Positions 42,580 through 52,889 of a DNA stretch of 64,000 nt are shown piece by piece; the first letter of the stretch is position 1; the number at the start of each line of letters is the position of its first letter. The notes below the pieces were generated by a model, which worked only from the letters and a program-made list of their open reading frames with translations, was not told the DNA's origin and did not search any database. The DNA comes from an uncultured Acidobacteriota bacterium (GTDB lineage: Bacteria; Acidobacteriota; UBA6911): positions 192,001 through 256,000 of the forward strand of contig CAWJKZ010000014.1 of assembly GCA_963843575.1 (NCBI GenBank). Direction: 5' to 3'. A program made the position numbers and the translations under genes.

Positions 42580-43719
42580 ATGCCGTGCCCCGCCGGAGTC
42601 TACATCCACATACCCTTCTGCCGGACTCGGTGCAGCTACTGCCATTTCGTCACGCGGCCGATGCACGACGAGGTCGCCTTGCGCTACAGCCGGGCGGTGG
42701 TGCGGGAGATCGAGGTTTTCGAGGCGCATGGCCGCGAGCTTCCCGCGGCCGACACGGTTTATTTCGGGGGCGGCACCCCGAGCATCGTGCCGCCCGAGCA
42801 GATCGCCGCGATCCTCACCGCGTGCAGAAGCGCCTTCCGGGTGCTGCCGGACTGCGAGATAACGCTGGAAGCCAATCCCGGAACCCTCACCGCCGAAAAG
42901 GCGGCCAGCTATCGCGCCATGGGGGTAAACCGCATCTCGATGGGGGCCCAGTCGTTCTTCGATGCGGAACTGACCGCCATCGGCCGTTCGCACCGCGCCG
43001 AGGACACGTCCGAATCGGTGGCCCTGCTGAGGGCGGGGGGCATCGCGAACATAAACCTCGACCTGATGGCCGGCCTGCCGGATCAGGACCAGGCCCGCTG
43101 GACGGCGAACCTGGAGCGCATGGTCGCGCTGCGCCCCTCGCACATCTCGATGTACATGCTGGACCTGGACGCCCATTCGCCCCTCTACCACTCGGTGGCG
43201 AGCGGCGCGTTCCGCCTTCCGGAAGACGATCAGGTCGCGGATTTCTACCTGGAGACCATCGATCACCTCGAACGCTGCGGCTACGTCCAATACGAGATTA
43301 GCAACTTCGCCCTACCCGGGAGAGAATCGCGGCACAATATGAAGTACTGGAACTGCGAGCCGGTGCTGGCGTTCGGCGTCTCCAGCCACTCTTATGACGG
43401 CACGGCGCGGTACGCGAATCTCGGCAACCTGAACGCGTACCTGGAAGCGGTCGAAAAACAGGGTTCGGCACTGGACTGGAGAGAGCCCGACGAGCCGGAG
43501 CATCAGCTTCAGGAAACTTTGTTTCTGGGGCTCCGGCTGCGGTTTGGGGTCGACTGGCACGGGCTGCGCGAAGCGTTCGGCGCCGAAAGAGTCGCCGCGT
43601 ATGAGCCCGCGGTCACGGAAATGGCCGCGCACGGACTGCTGATTTGGGAGGGCGGCCGCGTGCGGCTGACCCGGCGCGGGATGCTCCTTTCCAACGAAGT
43701 CTTTCAGCGTTTCGTCTGA
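42580..43719 (+). CDS. hemW: Radical SAM heme chaperone HemW
   Basis: YIHIPFC...C.YC, YFGGGTPS, YEISNF, HNMKYW. Confidence 0.9.
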   Translation: MPCPAGVYIHIPFCRTRCSYCHFVTRPMHDEVALRYSRAVVREIEVFEAHGRELPAADTVYFGGGTPSIVPPEQIAAILTACRSAFRVLPDCEITLEANPGTLTAEKAASYRAMGVNRISMGAQSFFDAELTAIGRSHRAEDTSESVALLRAGGIANINLDLMAGLPDQDQARWTANLERMVALRPSHISMYMLDLDAHSPLYHSVASGAFRLPEDDQVADFYLETIDHLERCGYVQYEISNFALPGRESRHNMKYWNCEPVLAFGVSSHSYDGTARYANLGNLNAYLEAVEKQGSALDWREPDEPEHQLQETLFLGLRLRFGVDWHGLREAFGAERVAAYEPAVTEMAAHGLLIWEGGRVRLTRRGMLLSNEVFQRFV

Positions 43720-43774
43720 AGACTGCAATTAATCCGGGACGACGCGGTTCGCCCCCTTTCTTGAAGGCACGCAC

Positions 43775-44827
43775 ATGGCAAGCCCGATCATCGACATGAG
43801 GAGCGACACAGTTACAAAGCCAATACCCGAGATGCGCGCCGCCATGGCGGCAGCGGAGGTGGGAGACGACGTCTATCTGGAGGACCCCACTGTCAACCGC
43901 CTCCAGGAACGCGCGGCCGGAATAGTCGGTAAGGAGGCGGCGCTTTTCGTCGCGTCAGGGACCATGGGCAACCAGATTGCCGTCAATATACATACCCGGC
44001 CCGGGCAGGAGGTCATCACGGAGCAGAGGGGCCACATCTACAACTACGAAATGGCCGCAATGGCGGCCATCAGCGGCGTCCTGGCGCGCCCGGTGGCCGG
44101 TCCGGAAGGGATCCTGTCATGGGATCTCATCCGGCCGGTCATAGCACCCGGCATCTACTACCGGGCTCAGACCGGACTGATCACGCTGGAGAACACGCAC
44201 AACATGGCCGGCGGCACGACCTACAGCGCGGCGCGGATTCAGGACATCTGCGACCGGGCGCACGAGGCCGGGCTGCCCGTGCATCTGGACGGTGCGCGGA
44301 TTTTCAACGCGGCGACAGCCTTGGGTGCGAGTGTCGCCGATCTCTGCCGCCCGTGCGACTCGGTAATGTTCTGTCTGTCGAAGGGTTTGGGCGCGCCGGT
44401 CGGTTCCATGCTCACCGGAACGGCCGGATTCATCGGGCGCGCCAGGAGCGTCCGGAAGATGCTCGGCGGCGGGATGCGTCAGGCGGGTGTGCTCGCGGCG
44501 GCGGGGCTGATCGCGCTGGAGAAGATGCCCGCGAGGCTCTGTGTGGACCACGAAAATGCCCGGCTACTTGCCGATCTTCTGGCCAAGATCCATACTTTGG
44601 ATATAGATCCGCAGCGGGTGCGGACCAACATCGTAATCGTCGGCATAGGCCGCACCGGCCACGACGCCGGCGAGCTTGCAGCCCTCCTGAAATGCGAGGG
44701 TGTCCTGGTGGGGACGGTCGATTCCTCGACGATACGCCTGCTCACGCATCTGGACGTCGCGCGTGATCAGATTCACGAGGCAGTGGCCGCATTCCGCAGG
44801 GTCCTGCGCCGCGAAGAGGAGCCATGA
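43775..44827 (+). CDS. ltaE: Low-specificity L-threonine aldolase
   Basis: [36 protein letters not shown]. Confidence 0.95.
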   Translation: MASPIIDMRSDTVTKPIPEMRAAMAAAEVGDDVYLEDPTVNRLQERAAGIVGKEAALFVASGTMGNQIAVNIHTRPGQEVITEQRGHIYNYEMAAMAAISGVLARPVAGPEGILSWDLIRPVIAPGIYYRAQTGLITLENTHNMAGGTTYSAARIQDICDRAHEAGLPVHLDGARIFNAATALGASVADLCRPCDSVMFCLSKGLGAPVGSMLTGTAGFIGRARSVRKMLGGGMRQAGVLAAAGLIALEKMPARLCVDHENARLLADLLAKIHTLDIDPQRVRTNIVIVGIGRTGHDAGELAALLKCEGVLVGTVDSSTIRLLTHLDVARDQIHEAVAAFRRVLRREEEP

Positions 44828-45963
44828 TCGTCGAGCCTACCGAAGAGACCCAGGTCCTGCGCGATACCATCCGCGCTTTTGCCGAGTCCGAGATCGCACC
44901 CCACGTGATGGAGTGGGACGAGGAGCAGAGGTTTCCGCTCGAGCTCGTGCCGAAGTTGGCGGAGCTGGGGCTGATGGGGTGCCTCTTGCCCCAGGAATTG
45001 GGTGGCGCTGGCCTCTCGTATCCGGAATACGTGGTGGTGATCGAGGAGATTTCCAGGGTCGACGGTTCGATCGGGCTTTTTCTTGCCGCGCACAATTCCC
45101 TTTGCTCCAATCACATCTGGCTTGCCGGCTCCTGTGAACAAAAAGGACGTTACCTGCCGGGGCTTGCCGGTGGCGCCCGCGTCGGGGCTTGGGCGCTGAC
45201 CGAATCAGGTTCGGGGAGCGACGCGGCGGCCGGTCGCACAACCGCGGTGAGCCGCGGCGACCATTACGTCCTCAACGGCTCCAAGCAGTTCATTACCAAC
45301 GCCTCATTTGCCGACACTTTCGTGGTCATGGCCTCCACCGATCCCTCGGCCGGGCGCGACGGGATCTCCGCATTCATCGTCGACCGCACGTCCCCTGGAT
45401 TCTCGGTTGGCCGCAAGGAAAACAAGCTCGGGCTGCGTGCCAGCGAAACCGCGAGCGTCGTCCTGGAAGATTGCCAGGTGCCCGCCGAGAACCTGCTGGG
45501 GGAAGAGGGGCGTGGCTTCAAAGACTGTTTGCGCGTGCTGGACGGGGGCCGCATCTCGCTAGCGGCGCTCGCACTGGGCATGGCCCAGGGAGCCTTCGAG
45601 CACTCGCTCCGCTACGCGAAGGAGCGCCGGCAGTTCGGGAAGGCGATTTCCGAGTTCCAGGCCACACAGTTCAAACTCGCGGACATGGCCACCGAGATAG
45701 AGGCCGCGCGCCTGCTGACCGTCCGGGCCGCCGAGATGAAGCGGGCCGGAATGCGTACGACCAAGGAATCCTCCATGGCCAAGCTCTTCGCGGGTGAGGT
45801 CGCGGTGCGCGTCGCGGGCGAGGCCGTTCAGATCCACGGCGGGTACGGGTTTATCAAGGATTTCCCGGTCGAAAAGTACTATCGGGACGTCAAGCTCTGT
45901 ACAATAGGGGAGGGAACCAGCGAGATTCAGCGTCTGGTGATCGCGCGCCAACTGCTGAGGTGA
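44824..45963 (+). CDS. Acyl-CoA dehydrogenase
   Basis: [33 protein letters not shown]. Confidence 0.95.
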   Translation: MIVEPTEETQVLRDTIRAFAESEIAPHVMEWDEEQRFPLELVPKLAELGLMGCLLPQELGGAGLSYPEYVVVIEEISRVDGSIGLFLAAHNSLCSNHIWLAGSCEQKGRYLPGLAGGARVGAWALTESGSGSDAAAGRTTAVSRGDHYVLNGSKQFITNASFADTFVVMASTDPSAGRDGISAFIVDRTSPGFSVGRKENKLGLRASETASVVLEDCQVPAENLLGEEGRGFKDCLRVLDGGRISLAALALGMAQGAFEHSLRYAKERRQFGKAISEFQATQFKLADMATEIEAARLLTVRAAEMKRAGMRTTKESSMAKLFAGEVAVRVAGEAVQIHGGYGFIKDFPVEKYYRDVKLCTIGEGTSEIQRLVIARQLLR

Positions 45964-45976
45964 TCTGTACGCACGA

Positions 45977-46984
45977 ATGGACATGCCCCCTGCCGCAACC
46001 CGGACAGCCGATCTCAAGCCGGAACTTCTCAGGCGTGTGCTGGCCGGGGATTTCCGCTCGCTCGCCCGTCTGATAACCCTGGTGGAGAACAACCCGTCGG
46101 CCGCCACGCCTTACCTGCGCGAGCTTTTTCCTTACACGGGGAGGGGTTTCGCAATCGGGATCACAGGCTCCCCGGGCTCGGGGAAGAGCACGCTGGTGGA
46201 TCAGCTCGCACTGCACTACCGTGGCGAGGGGCGCCGGGTCGGGGTTGTCGCCGTTGACCCCACCAGCCCCTACAGCGGTGGGGCGATCCTGGGTGATCGG
46301 ATCCGCATGCAGTCGCGCGGCGTGGATGGCGGCACGTTCATCCGGAGCATGGCAACCCGCGGGCACCTGGGCGGGCTGGCGAGAGCCACCTACGACGTCC
46401 TCACCCTTTTTGACGCCGCGGGGTTCGACGTCACCCTGGTCGAGACCGTCGGGGTGGGGCAGGACGAGGTGGAGATCGTGCGGGCCGCCGACGTCACGGT
46501 GGTCCTCATGGTCCCGGGAATGGGTGACGACGTTCAGGCGATGAAGGCCGGGATCATGGAAATCGGAGACGTGTTCGCCATCAACAAGGCCGATCGCGAC
46601 GGCGCCGACCGCGTCGAGGTCGAACTCAGGGCACTCCTCTCCATCGGCAGAAGGCCGGACGGCTGGACACCGCCGATCGTGCGGACGGTGGCATCTGAAG
46701 GGAAGGGAGTCGCAGAGTGCGCCGCCGCCATCGAGGCCTGCCGCGGCTTTCTCCGGGATTCGGAATACCAGCGCAACCGCTCGCTGCAAATTCAGCGGGA
46801 CCGCCTGATCGAACTCGTACGCTCCAGGGTGATCGACGCCCTGCTGCGAGATCCCGGAGCCGCAGACCTGCTCGATCGGCTCGCCCGGGACGTGGCCGAT
46901 CGGAAGACCGACCCGTACTCCGCGGCCGAAGAACTGCTCGAGGACTCGCCCCTCGGGCGCTCCGAGAACAAAGACACCGAGTAA
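45977..46984 (+). CDS. meaB: MeaB/ArgK G-protein (B12 mutase chaperone)
   Basis: GSPGSGKST, VDPTSP.SGGAILGDRIRM, ETVGVGQ.E, NKAD. Confidence 0.94.
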   Translation: MDMPPAATRTADLKPELLRRVLAGDFRSLARLITLVENNPSAATPYLRELFPYTGRGFAIGITGSPGSGKSTLVDQLALHYRGEGRRVGVVAVDPTSPYSGGAILGDRIRMQSRGVDGGTFIRSMATRGHLGGLARATYDVLTLFDAAGFDVTLVETVGVGQDEVEIVRAADVTVVLMVPGMGDDVQAMKAGIMEIGDVFAINKADRDGADRVEVELRALLSIGRRPDGWTPPIVRTVASEGKGVAECAAAIEACRGFLRDSEYQRNRSLQIQRDRLIELVRSRVIDALLRDPGAADLLDRLARDVADRKTDPYSAAEELLEDSPLGRSENKDTE

Positions 46985-47109
46985 CGCCGCCTTTGCCGAC
47001 GGTCCCGCGGCAATTTCGTTGCCAAACCGCTCGGAGGACTCCATCATGGCGTTTTTGCCGGCGCACGTCCTCGGTGCCGGGTTCACAGCAACCCTCAGGT
47101 TGGGGAGAT

Positions 47110-47991
47110 ATGAACAACATCACCATAGGGATCATTGGCGGCAGCGGGCTGTATAACATGACGGAATTGACCGACCGGAAGGAGGTGGCCGTCACGACCC
47201 CCTTCGGGCGGCCCTCGGACGACATCGTCACGGGCACCCTCAGGGGGAAGACGGTGGCCTTCCTCGCCCGGCACGGCCGCGGTCACCGCATCATGCCTTC
47301 GGAACTGAATTTCCGCGCGAACATCTATGCGATGAAAATGCTCGGCGTCGAACGCATCCTCTCGGCCAGCGCCGTCGGTTCGCTCAGGCAGGAGATCGTG
47401 CCGCTCGACATAGTCCTGCCGGACCAGTTCGTCGATCGCACGCGAGGGCGAGTGTCGACGTTTTTTGGCGAGGGGCTCGTCGCGCACATTGCGTTTGCCG
47501 AACCCGTCTGCCCGGAACTGCTCTCCCACGTACACGCCTCGGCGGCGGCCGCTGGCATCAAGACAACGAAGGGAGGCACCTACCTGTGCATGGAGGGGCC
47601 TGCGTTCTCTACCCGCGCGGAATCCAACCTGTATCGCAGCTGGGGCATGGATGTGATCGGGATGACAAACCTCCAGGAAGCCAAGCTGGCGAGGGAAGCC
47701 GAGATCTGCTACGTCACGATGGCCCTGGTGACCGACTACGATTGCTGGCACGAATCGCATGAAAGCGTCACGGTCGAGATGATCGTCGGCAACCTCATGC
47801 AGAACAGCCAAAACGCCCAATCGGTGATCCTGCAGGCCGTCGCGGACATGCCGGAAGAGCGGACCTGCGGGTGCGGCCACGCGCTGGACCACGCCCTGAT
47901 CACGGATCGCACGCTGGTTCCGGAGACCGTCAGGCAGAAGCTCGCCTGCATCGTCGGCAAGTACTTCGAAACGAGTCAAACCGCCGGGTAG
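47110..47991 (+). CDS. mtnP: S-methyl-5'-thioadenosine phosphorylase
   Basis: IIGGSG, RHGRGH, EGPAFSTRAES, GMT, VTDYDCW. Confidence 0.94.
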   Translation: MNNITIGIIGGSGLYNMTELTDRKEVAVTTPFGRPSDDIVTGTLRGKTVAFLARHGRGHRIMPSELNFRANIYAMKMLGVERILSASAVGSLRQEIVPLDIVLPDQFVDRTRGRVSTFFGEGLVAHIAFAEPVCPELLSHVHASAAAAGIKTTKGGTYLCMEGPAFSTRAESNLYRSWGMDVIGMTNLQEAKLAREAEICYVTMALVTDYDCWHESHESVTVEMIVGNLMQNSQNAQSVILQAVADMPEERTCGCGHALDHALITDRTLVPETVRQKLACIVGKYFETSQTAG

Positions 47992-48029
47992 GCGGGATTC
48001 ACGGCTTCATGATTTTTGCGGGAGGTGCA

Positions 48030-48938
48030 ATGGCAATCCTGGTAGTCGGTTCGGTCGCCCTGGACAGCGTAAAGACGCCTTTTGGCGAGAAGGAGGAGGT
48101 TCTTGGCGGGTCGGCCACCTACTTCAGCATCGCCGCGAGCTATTTCAGCCAGGTCAGCATGGTGGCGGTCGTCGGGGAGGACTTTCCGGAGCATCACGTC
48201 GGAATGCTGCAGAAGAAGGGGATCGACACCTCCGGCCTGCAGCGCGTGCAGGGGAACACATTTCGCTGGAAGGGGGAGTACGGCTTCGATCTCAACACGG
48301 CCAAGACGCTCGAGACCCGGTTGAATGTCTTCGCGGAATTCTCGCCCGACATGCGCCAGGAGCATCGGGCCATCGATTATCTGTTCCTCGGAAACATCGA
48401 TCCCGACCTGCAGCGCAACGTGCTGTCCCAAATGCGCCGTCCCAAACTGGTCGCCTGCGACACGATGAACTACTGGATCGAAAAAAAACCGGCGTCGCTG
48501 CGGCAGATGCTGGCACTGGTCGACGTCTTGGTCATCAACGACGCGGAGACGCGCCAGCTGGCCGGTGAATCCAACCTCTTCCGCGCTGCGAGGAAGATCC
48601 TCGCCTGGGGTCCCAGGTGGCTGGTGGTGAAGCGCGGCGAATACGGTGTCATGATGGTGAACTCGAAGTCCACGTTCTGTGCGCCGGCGTTCCCAATGGA
48701 AGACGTCGTCGACCCCACCGGGGCCGGTGATTCGTTTGCCGGCGGCTTCATGGGTTACCTCTCCGCCTGCGGTTCGAGCGAGGAACCCGCGCTGCGCAAG
48801 GCTGTCGTTTTCGGGTCGGTTATGGCATCCTTTAATGTCAGCGAGTTCGGGCCGGGGCGACTCGCCGACCTGACCTATCCCGAGATCGAGGTGCGTTTCC
48901 GGGAATTCCGAAAGCTGACCCTCTTCGAGGATATCTGA
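48030..48938 (+). CDS. PfkB-family sugar/nucleoside kinase
   Basis: VGSVALD...TP.G, GGSATY, DTMNYWI, DPTGAGDSFAGG. Confidence 0.92.
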   Translation: MAILVVGSVALDSVKTPFGEKEEVLGGSATYFSIAASYFSQVSMVAVVGEDFPEHHVGMLQKKGIDTSGLQRVQGNTFRWKGEYGFDLNTAKTLETRLNVFAEFSPDMRQEHRAIDYLFLGNIDPDLQRNVLSQMRRPKLVACDTMNYWIEKKPASLRQMLALVDVLVINDAETRQLAGESNLFRAARKILAWGPRWLVVKRGEYGVMMVNSKSTFCAPAFPMEDVVDPTGAGDSFAGGFMGYLSACGSSEEPALRKAVVFGSVMASFNVSEFGPGRLADLTYPEIEVRFREFRKLTLFEDI

Positions 48939-48962
48939 CGGTTTGCCCACCCAGGCACGAAT

Positions 48963-50459
48963 ATGACTGCTCTCCGCTCTCCACGCGTCCCCAAGCCTGC
49001 AGGGGTGTCGATCTACCTGGCACTCGCGCTTTGTTGCCTGGCGTTCCCGGCGCACGCCCGACAGGCCAAAAAAAACACGACCCTGGCGGATGCGAAGATC
49101 TACCACGAGGCGATGGCTTGGTTCAAAAAGGGAGAGGCGCTGATCGGTGGGCCCAAGGAGAACAGCGAGGAACAGGCCGATCTCTTCAGGAAGGCGCTTC
49201 AGATCAAGCCGGATTTTCTCGAGGCGCACTACAATCTCGGACTGATCTACGCCAATCAGAAGAGGCTAACGGAGGCTGCCGGCGAATTCGAAGCTGTTCT
49301 GAGGCTGGAGCCGAACTTTGAAGGCATTCACATGCTGCTGGCGACGGCGTACCGGGAAGCCGGCAACAACGACGCGGCGATGGCGTCGCTCGAAGCGGGG
49401 CTGAGAAAGAAGCCGAAGGACCTGCAGATGCTCAAAGCGCTCGGGTTCCTGCAATTCCATGCCTCCCGGGACGCCGCCGCGATCGAGACGCTTAAATCGG
49501 TGCTCGGCATACTGCCGAACGACGTCAACGCGCTGCAGGACCTAGCGCTGCTGTACCATCGCAACGATCGGCTGGACGAGGCGGCGGCCTATTACCGCGA
49601 CCTCGTCCGTGTCGAGCCGAATAACTTCGGCGCCCACTACAACCTGGGCATGATCCTGCTCAGGCAGAAGAAGGACGATGAAGCGGCCGAACAGCTCGAG
49701 GTAGCCGACCGGTTGTCCCCGGGCAACCCTGAGATACTCGAACGTCTGGGGGACCTGTACGCTCTCCGGCAGCATCACGAGAAGGCCGCAGCCTCGTACC
49801 AGGCTGCGTTGGCCAAAGAGCCCGGGCGGGCCGCCCTCCTCTCCAAGCTTGGCTTCAGCCTTGCCAGCCTGAACCGACCCGGGGAGGCGATTGCCATGCT
49901 GGAACGTTCTGTGCGTGTCAATCCCGCCAACCCGCATGCGTTCTACCTTCTGGGAGACCTGTACTCGGAGCAGAACCGTTACGAGGAGAGCGTAACAGCC
50001 TACAGGGCCGCGCTGAAGCTCGATCCTAGACAGAGGGAGGTGCGCTATAACCTCGGGACGCTCTACGCGGAGCACGGCGAGTTGCAGGACGCGCTGGAAC
50101 AGCTGAGAGCGGCGGTCGAAATCGACCCCGGGTACGCGGCGGCCTGGTCGAACCTGGCCCTGGTCAGCGAGAAGCTGGCGCTGCACAACGAGGCGTTGGA
50201 GGCGCACCGCAAGGTGATCCAGCTCGGCCGCGGCCAGGCAATCAACTACTTTCACCTTGGAATCCTCTACGCCCAGCGCAGCCAGCCCGACGAGGCGATC
50301 GGCAACATCGCGCGGGCCATCGAACTGGAACCCGATAAGTACCGGCAATTCCTGCGCGAGGAGCTCAAGAAGGTGCATTCGGTGTTGGACAGCGTGCGCT
50401 ACAACCCGCGGTTCGCGCAGTTGCTGACCGGGCCGCCGCCGACTCCGCCGAAACCGTAG
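48963..50459 (+). CDS. Exported multi-TPR protein
   Basis: Signal peptide followed by tandem 34-aa TPR units (AHYNLG, RYNLG, WSNLA). Confidence 0.9.
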   Translation: MTALRSPRVPKPAGVSIYLALALCCLAFPAHARQAKKNTTLADAKIYHEAMAWFKKGEALIGGPKENSEEQADLFRKALQIKPDFLEAHYNLGLIYANQKRLTEAAGEFEAVLRLEPNFEGIHMLLATAYREAGNNDAAMASLEAGLRKKPKDLQMLKALGFLQFHASRDAAAIETLKSVLGILPNDVNALQDLALLYHRNDRLDEAAAYYRDLVRVEPNNFGAHYNLGMILLRQKKDDEAAEQLEVADRLSPGNPEILERLGDLYALRQHHEKAAASYQAALAKEPGRAALLSKLGFSLASLNRPGEAIAMLERSVRVNPANPHAFYLLGDLYSEQNRYEESVTAYRAALKLDPRQREVRYNLGTLYAEHGELQDALEQLRAAVEIDPGYAAAWSNLALVSEKLALHNEALEAHRKVIQLGRGQAINYFHLGILYAQRSQPDEAIGNIARAIELEPDKYRQFLREELKKVHSVLDSVRYNPRFAQLLTGPPPTPPKP

Positions 50460-50697
50460 GGCTCGCGCAAGAATAGTTTCACATTTGGCTGACGGCTCCC
50501 GAGCCAACAGATCCCACAGCAAGCCACGATAGTAGATTGCTATAAGCGGAGCCGTCAGCCCTTCGGGGCGGCGGCGGGCGGGCATCTGCGGCGTTGCGGA
50601 TCCTCGACGAAGTCACCCCATCGCCTGCGTCGCGCCGCCTTGCATCTGCCCGCCCGGCGCTCGCGCCAAAGTGGGCCTGTTATTCTGTGACAGACCC
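50459..50697. repeat. Structured MITE/REP-like element or ncRNA between convergent genes
   Basis: 13-bp IR 50487-50499/50548-50560; GCCC-TTCG-GGGC; 9-bp IR 50576-50584/50647-50655; imperfect terminal IR. Confidence 0.55.
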
Positions 50698-51684
50698 TTA
50701 GCCCGAGACTTCGGCCCCCGGGGTGCGGGGGTGACGCGCCGTCGCGAGGAAACGGTGCAGTTCTTCCTCGTCCAGCGCGTACAGGTTCTGCGGATTGCCC
50801 CGGGGCTGCAGCTTCCAGCGCATGTGACCCCAAAGCCAGGAATCCGGCTGTTCGCGGACGATGCCTTCCAGGACCTCGTTGAATCGCGCGGTGTTGAGCG
50901 CTATATCCCGGGTCATGTCCCCCGTCCGCACCAACTCCAGAGGTGGCAAGAACTTGATGAGGTATTGCCCGTTGTGCGGGGGGGTGAGGTAGCCGGGAAG
51001 CACCACCGCGTCGCGCCGCAGCGCGAAGAGAGCGAGGCCGGTCGAAGTCGCCGCCGGGATGCCGAAGAAATCGGCAAACACTCCTTCCTGGAGGGACGTG
51101 TTCTGGTCCATGAGGATTCCGACGGGCCGGAAGGCTTTGAGATGCTCGAGGATGCGGCGCGCCGAGTCCTTTTTCGAAATGACGCGGTTCCCGCAGGACT
51201 CGCGCACGGTGACCACAAACTTCTCGAGGTGAGGGTTGTCCAGAGGGCGGGTCACGAAACTCAGCGGAAACCCATAAAGGGCGTGCGCTACCGGCAGAAG
51301 CTCCCATGCGCTGAAGTGCCCGGTTAGATAGAGCAGCGGTTTGCCTGTTGCTGCCGCGGCCTCGTAGTTGTTCAGCCCGCACTGCCCGTCGTAGGTGACG
51401 AGCCGGGAGATCGTGCGCGCGTCGAGCTTTCGCATGCGGCTGATCTCGAGCAGGTTGCGGCCGGTGTACTGAAAACTGCGGCGTGCGATGCGCATGCGCT
51501 CGCCGGACCCCAGTTCGGGAAAGGCGATGGAGAGGTTGACGTCGGCGATGCGGCGGTGGCGTGCGTCCAGGTGGTAGGTGGCCGCCGCCAGCACGTCGAC
51601 CAGCGTTTCGGCGACGGAGCGCGGCAGCACCGACAACAACGCCAGGGCGACGCGGCAGACGAGGTAGATGAAGTAGGATTCCAA
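50698..51684 (-). CDS. Lipid A late acyltransferase, LpxL/HtrB family
   Basis: TGHFSAWE, RPLDNP, LMDQ, FFG.PA, PDSWLWGH.RWK. Confidence 0.92.
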   Translation of the reverse strand: MESYFIYLVCRVALALLSVLPRSVAETLVDVLAAATYHLDARHRRIADVNLSIAFPELGSGERMRIARRSFQYTGRNLLEISRMRKLDARTISRLVTYDGQCGLNNYEAAAATGKPLLYLTGHFSAWELLPVAHALYGFPLSFVTRPLDNPHLEKFVVTVRESCGNRVISKKDSARRILEHLKAFRPVGILMDQNTSLQEGVFADFFGIPAATSTGLALFALRRDAVVLPGYLTPPHNGQYLIKFLPPLELVRTGDMTRDIALNTARFNEVLEGIVREQPDSWLWGHMRWKLQPRGNPQNLYALDEEELHRFLATARHPRTPGAEVSG

Positions 51685-51748
51685 TGCGTTGGTCTTCGGC
51701 CCGATGTTATACTTTGACCACTGTTGCCAAAACGATTGGACGGTAAGG

Positions 51749-52426
51749 ATGTCGGAAACCCGTTTCCGCCCTCGCGCAGGGCTCGCGGTCGTGCTGGTGC
51801 TTGGGACCTGCGCTGCCGTGTCGGCGGGCTACAAGGCCAAGCCCTGGGCTCCCCGCGCACTTCAGACCTATGCGGCGAAGCTCGCCAGCGAAGGGGTGAC
51901 GATCGCCGTCGATCCGCTCTACCGGGACACTCTGGCGGCCCAGGTTTTCGACAAATCCGACATGGTGACCCGCGGCATTATGCCGCTCGGGGTCATCATT
52001 TTCAACGACAACGACTTCCCAGTAATGATCCGCTTCACCTCGATAGAACTCATCCATGCGGACGAACATTTGCACACCCTGACGCCCAACGAGGTCGCGC
52101 ACAGGCTGTTCGCAAAGGGAAACAAGGGTTCGTGGATTCCGCAGCCGATCCCCCGCAAAACCACCGGCGACGGTGTCAATCGCGACGCCCTCGACGACTT
52201 CGACCACAAGTTCCTCGGGGATAAGACCGTGGAACCACACAGCCAGGGAGGCGGCTTCCTCTACCTGCACATACCATCCGACAAAATAGAACCGTACCTC
52301 GCTGGGTCCAGGCTGTATATTCCCGACGTCTACCGGCAGGACAAGGCCGAGAAGATGATATTCTTCGAAATCGAACTCAAGCCTGTGTTCGAGGCAGCCG
52401 CGGACGAACTAGTGTCCCCTGCGTGA
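51749..52426 (+). CDS. Exported hypothetical protein
   Basis: Signal-peptide-like N-terminus; 225-aa ORF with typical codon usage. Confidence 0.75.
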   Translation: MSETRFRPRAGLAVVLVLGTCAAVSAGYKAKPWAPRALQTYAAKLASEGVTIAVDPLYRDTLAAQVFDKSDMVTRGIMPLGVIIFNDNDFPVMIRFTSIELIHADEHLHTLTPNEVAHRLFAKGNKGSWIPQPIPRKTTGDGVNRDALDDFDHKFLGDKTVEPHSQGGGFLYLHIPSDKIEPYLAGSRLYIPDVYRQDKAEKMIFFEIELKPVFEAAADELVSPA

Positions 52427-52499
52427 CATTCGGATTGACGAGGTTTGCCCGGGGATTCCTGTCCTGCGCCAGAAGCGAAACAGTGTCAACGGACATGTT

Positions 52500-52889
52500 G
52501 TGAAGCGTGGGATCGCTAACACCCTCCGCGTCGCTCCCCCCTACGACGAAGAACTCGAGGGGATTTTAGTGTTCAGGGGCTTCGCGGAAGCCGAAATGTC
52601 CCTATGCCGGCTCGAGCAGCTGCGGAAGCGCTATCTCGGCACCGAGGACTACAAGGGTGCGGAGCTATGCCGGCAAATCGGGCTGGTCGGCCGCCGAAGG
52701 GCAGAGATCATCAGCCGGAGTCCGAGAGTAGGGTCGGTCAAGCGCCGTCAAAAGGCAGAGATCGCCAACTGGTTTAGGATCTGGTTCGAGAGCCCTGACC
52801 TCTTCCTGGACTGGCTGTCGCTGCGCAAGCAGACCGGATCCTTCCAGGAGCTGAGCGATTCAGAACAAAGCGATGATGACGGCACCTAA
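52500..52889 (+). CDS. Hypothetical helical protein
   Basis: EIANWFRIWFESPDLFLDWLSLRK Trp-rich motif; start uncertain. Confidence 0.7.
   Translation: MKRGIANTLRVAPPYDEELEGILVFRGFAEAEMSLCRLEQLRKRYLGTEDYKGAELCRQIGLVGRRRAEIISRSPRVGSVKRRQKAEIANWFRIWFESPDLFLDWLSLRKQTGSFQELSDSEQSDDDGT

Noticed and set aside
40846-43290. Long antisense ORFs (814 aa here; also 31869..33746, 22785..24632, 38374..40092)
   Set aside because: These are shadow ORFs opposite well-supported genes, as expected at high GC, and they carry no motifs.
46985-47109. SAM/SAH riboswitch upstream of mtnP
   Set aside because: Only short hairpins are present; no recognisable consensus motifs.
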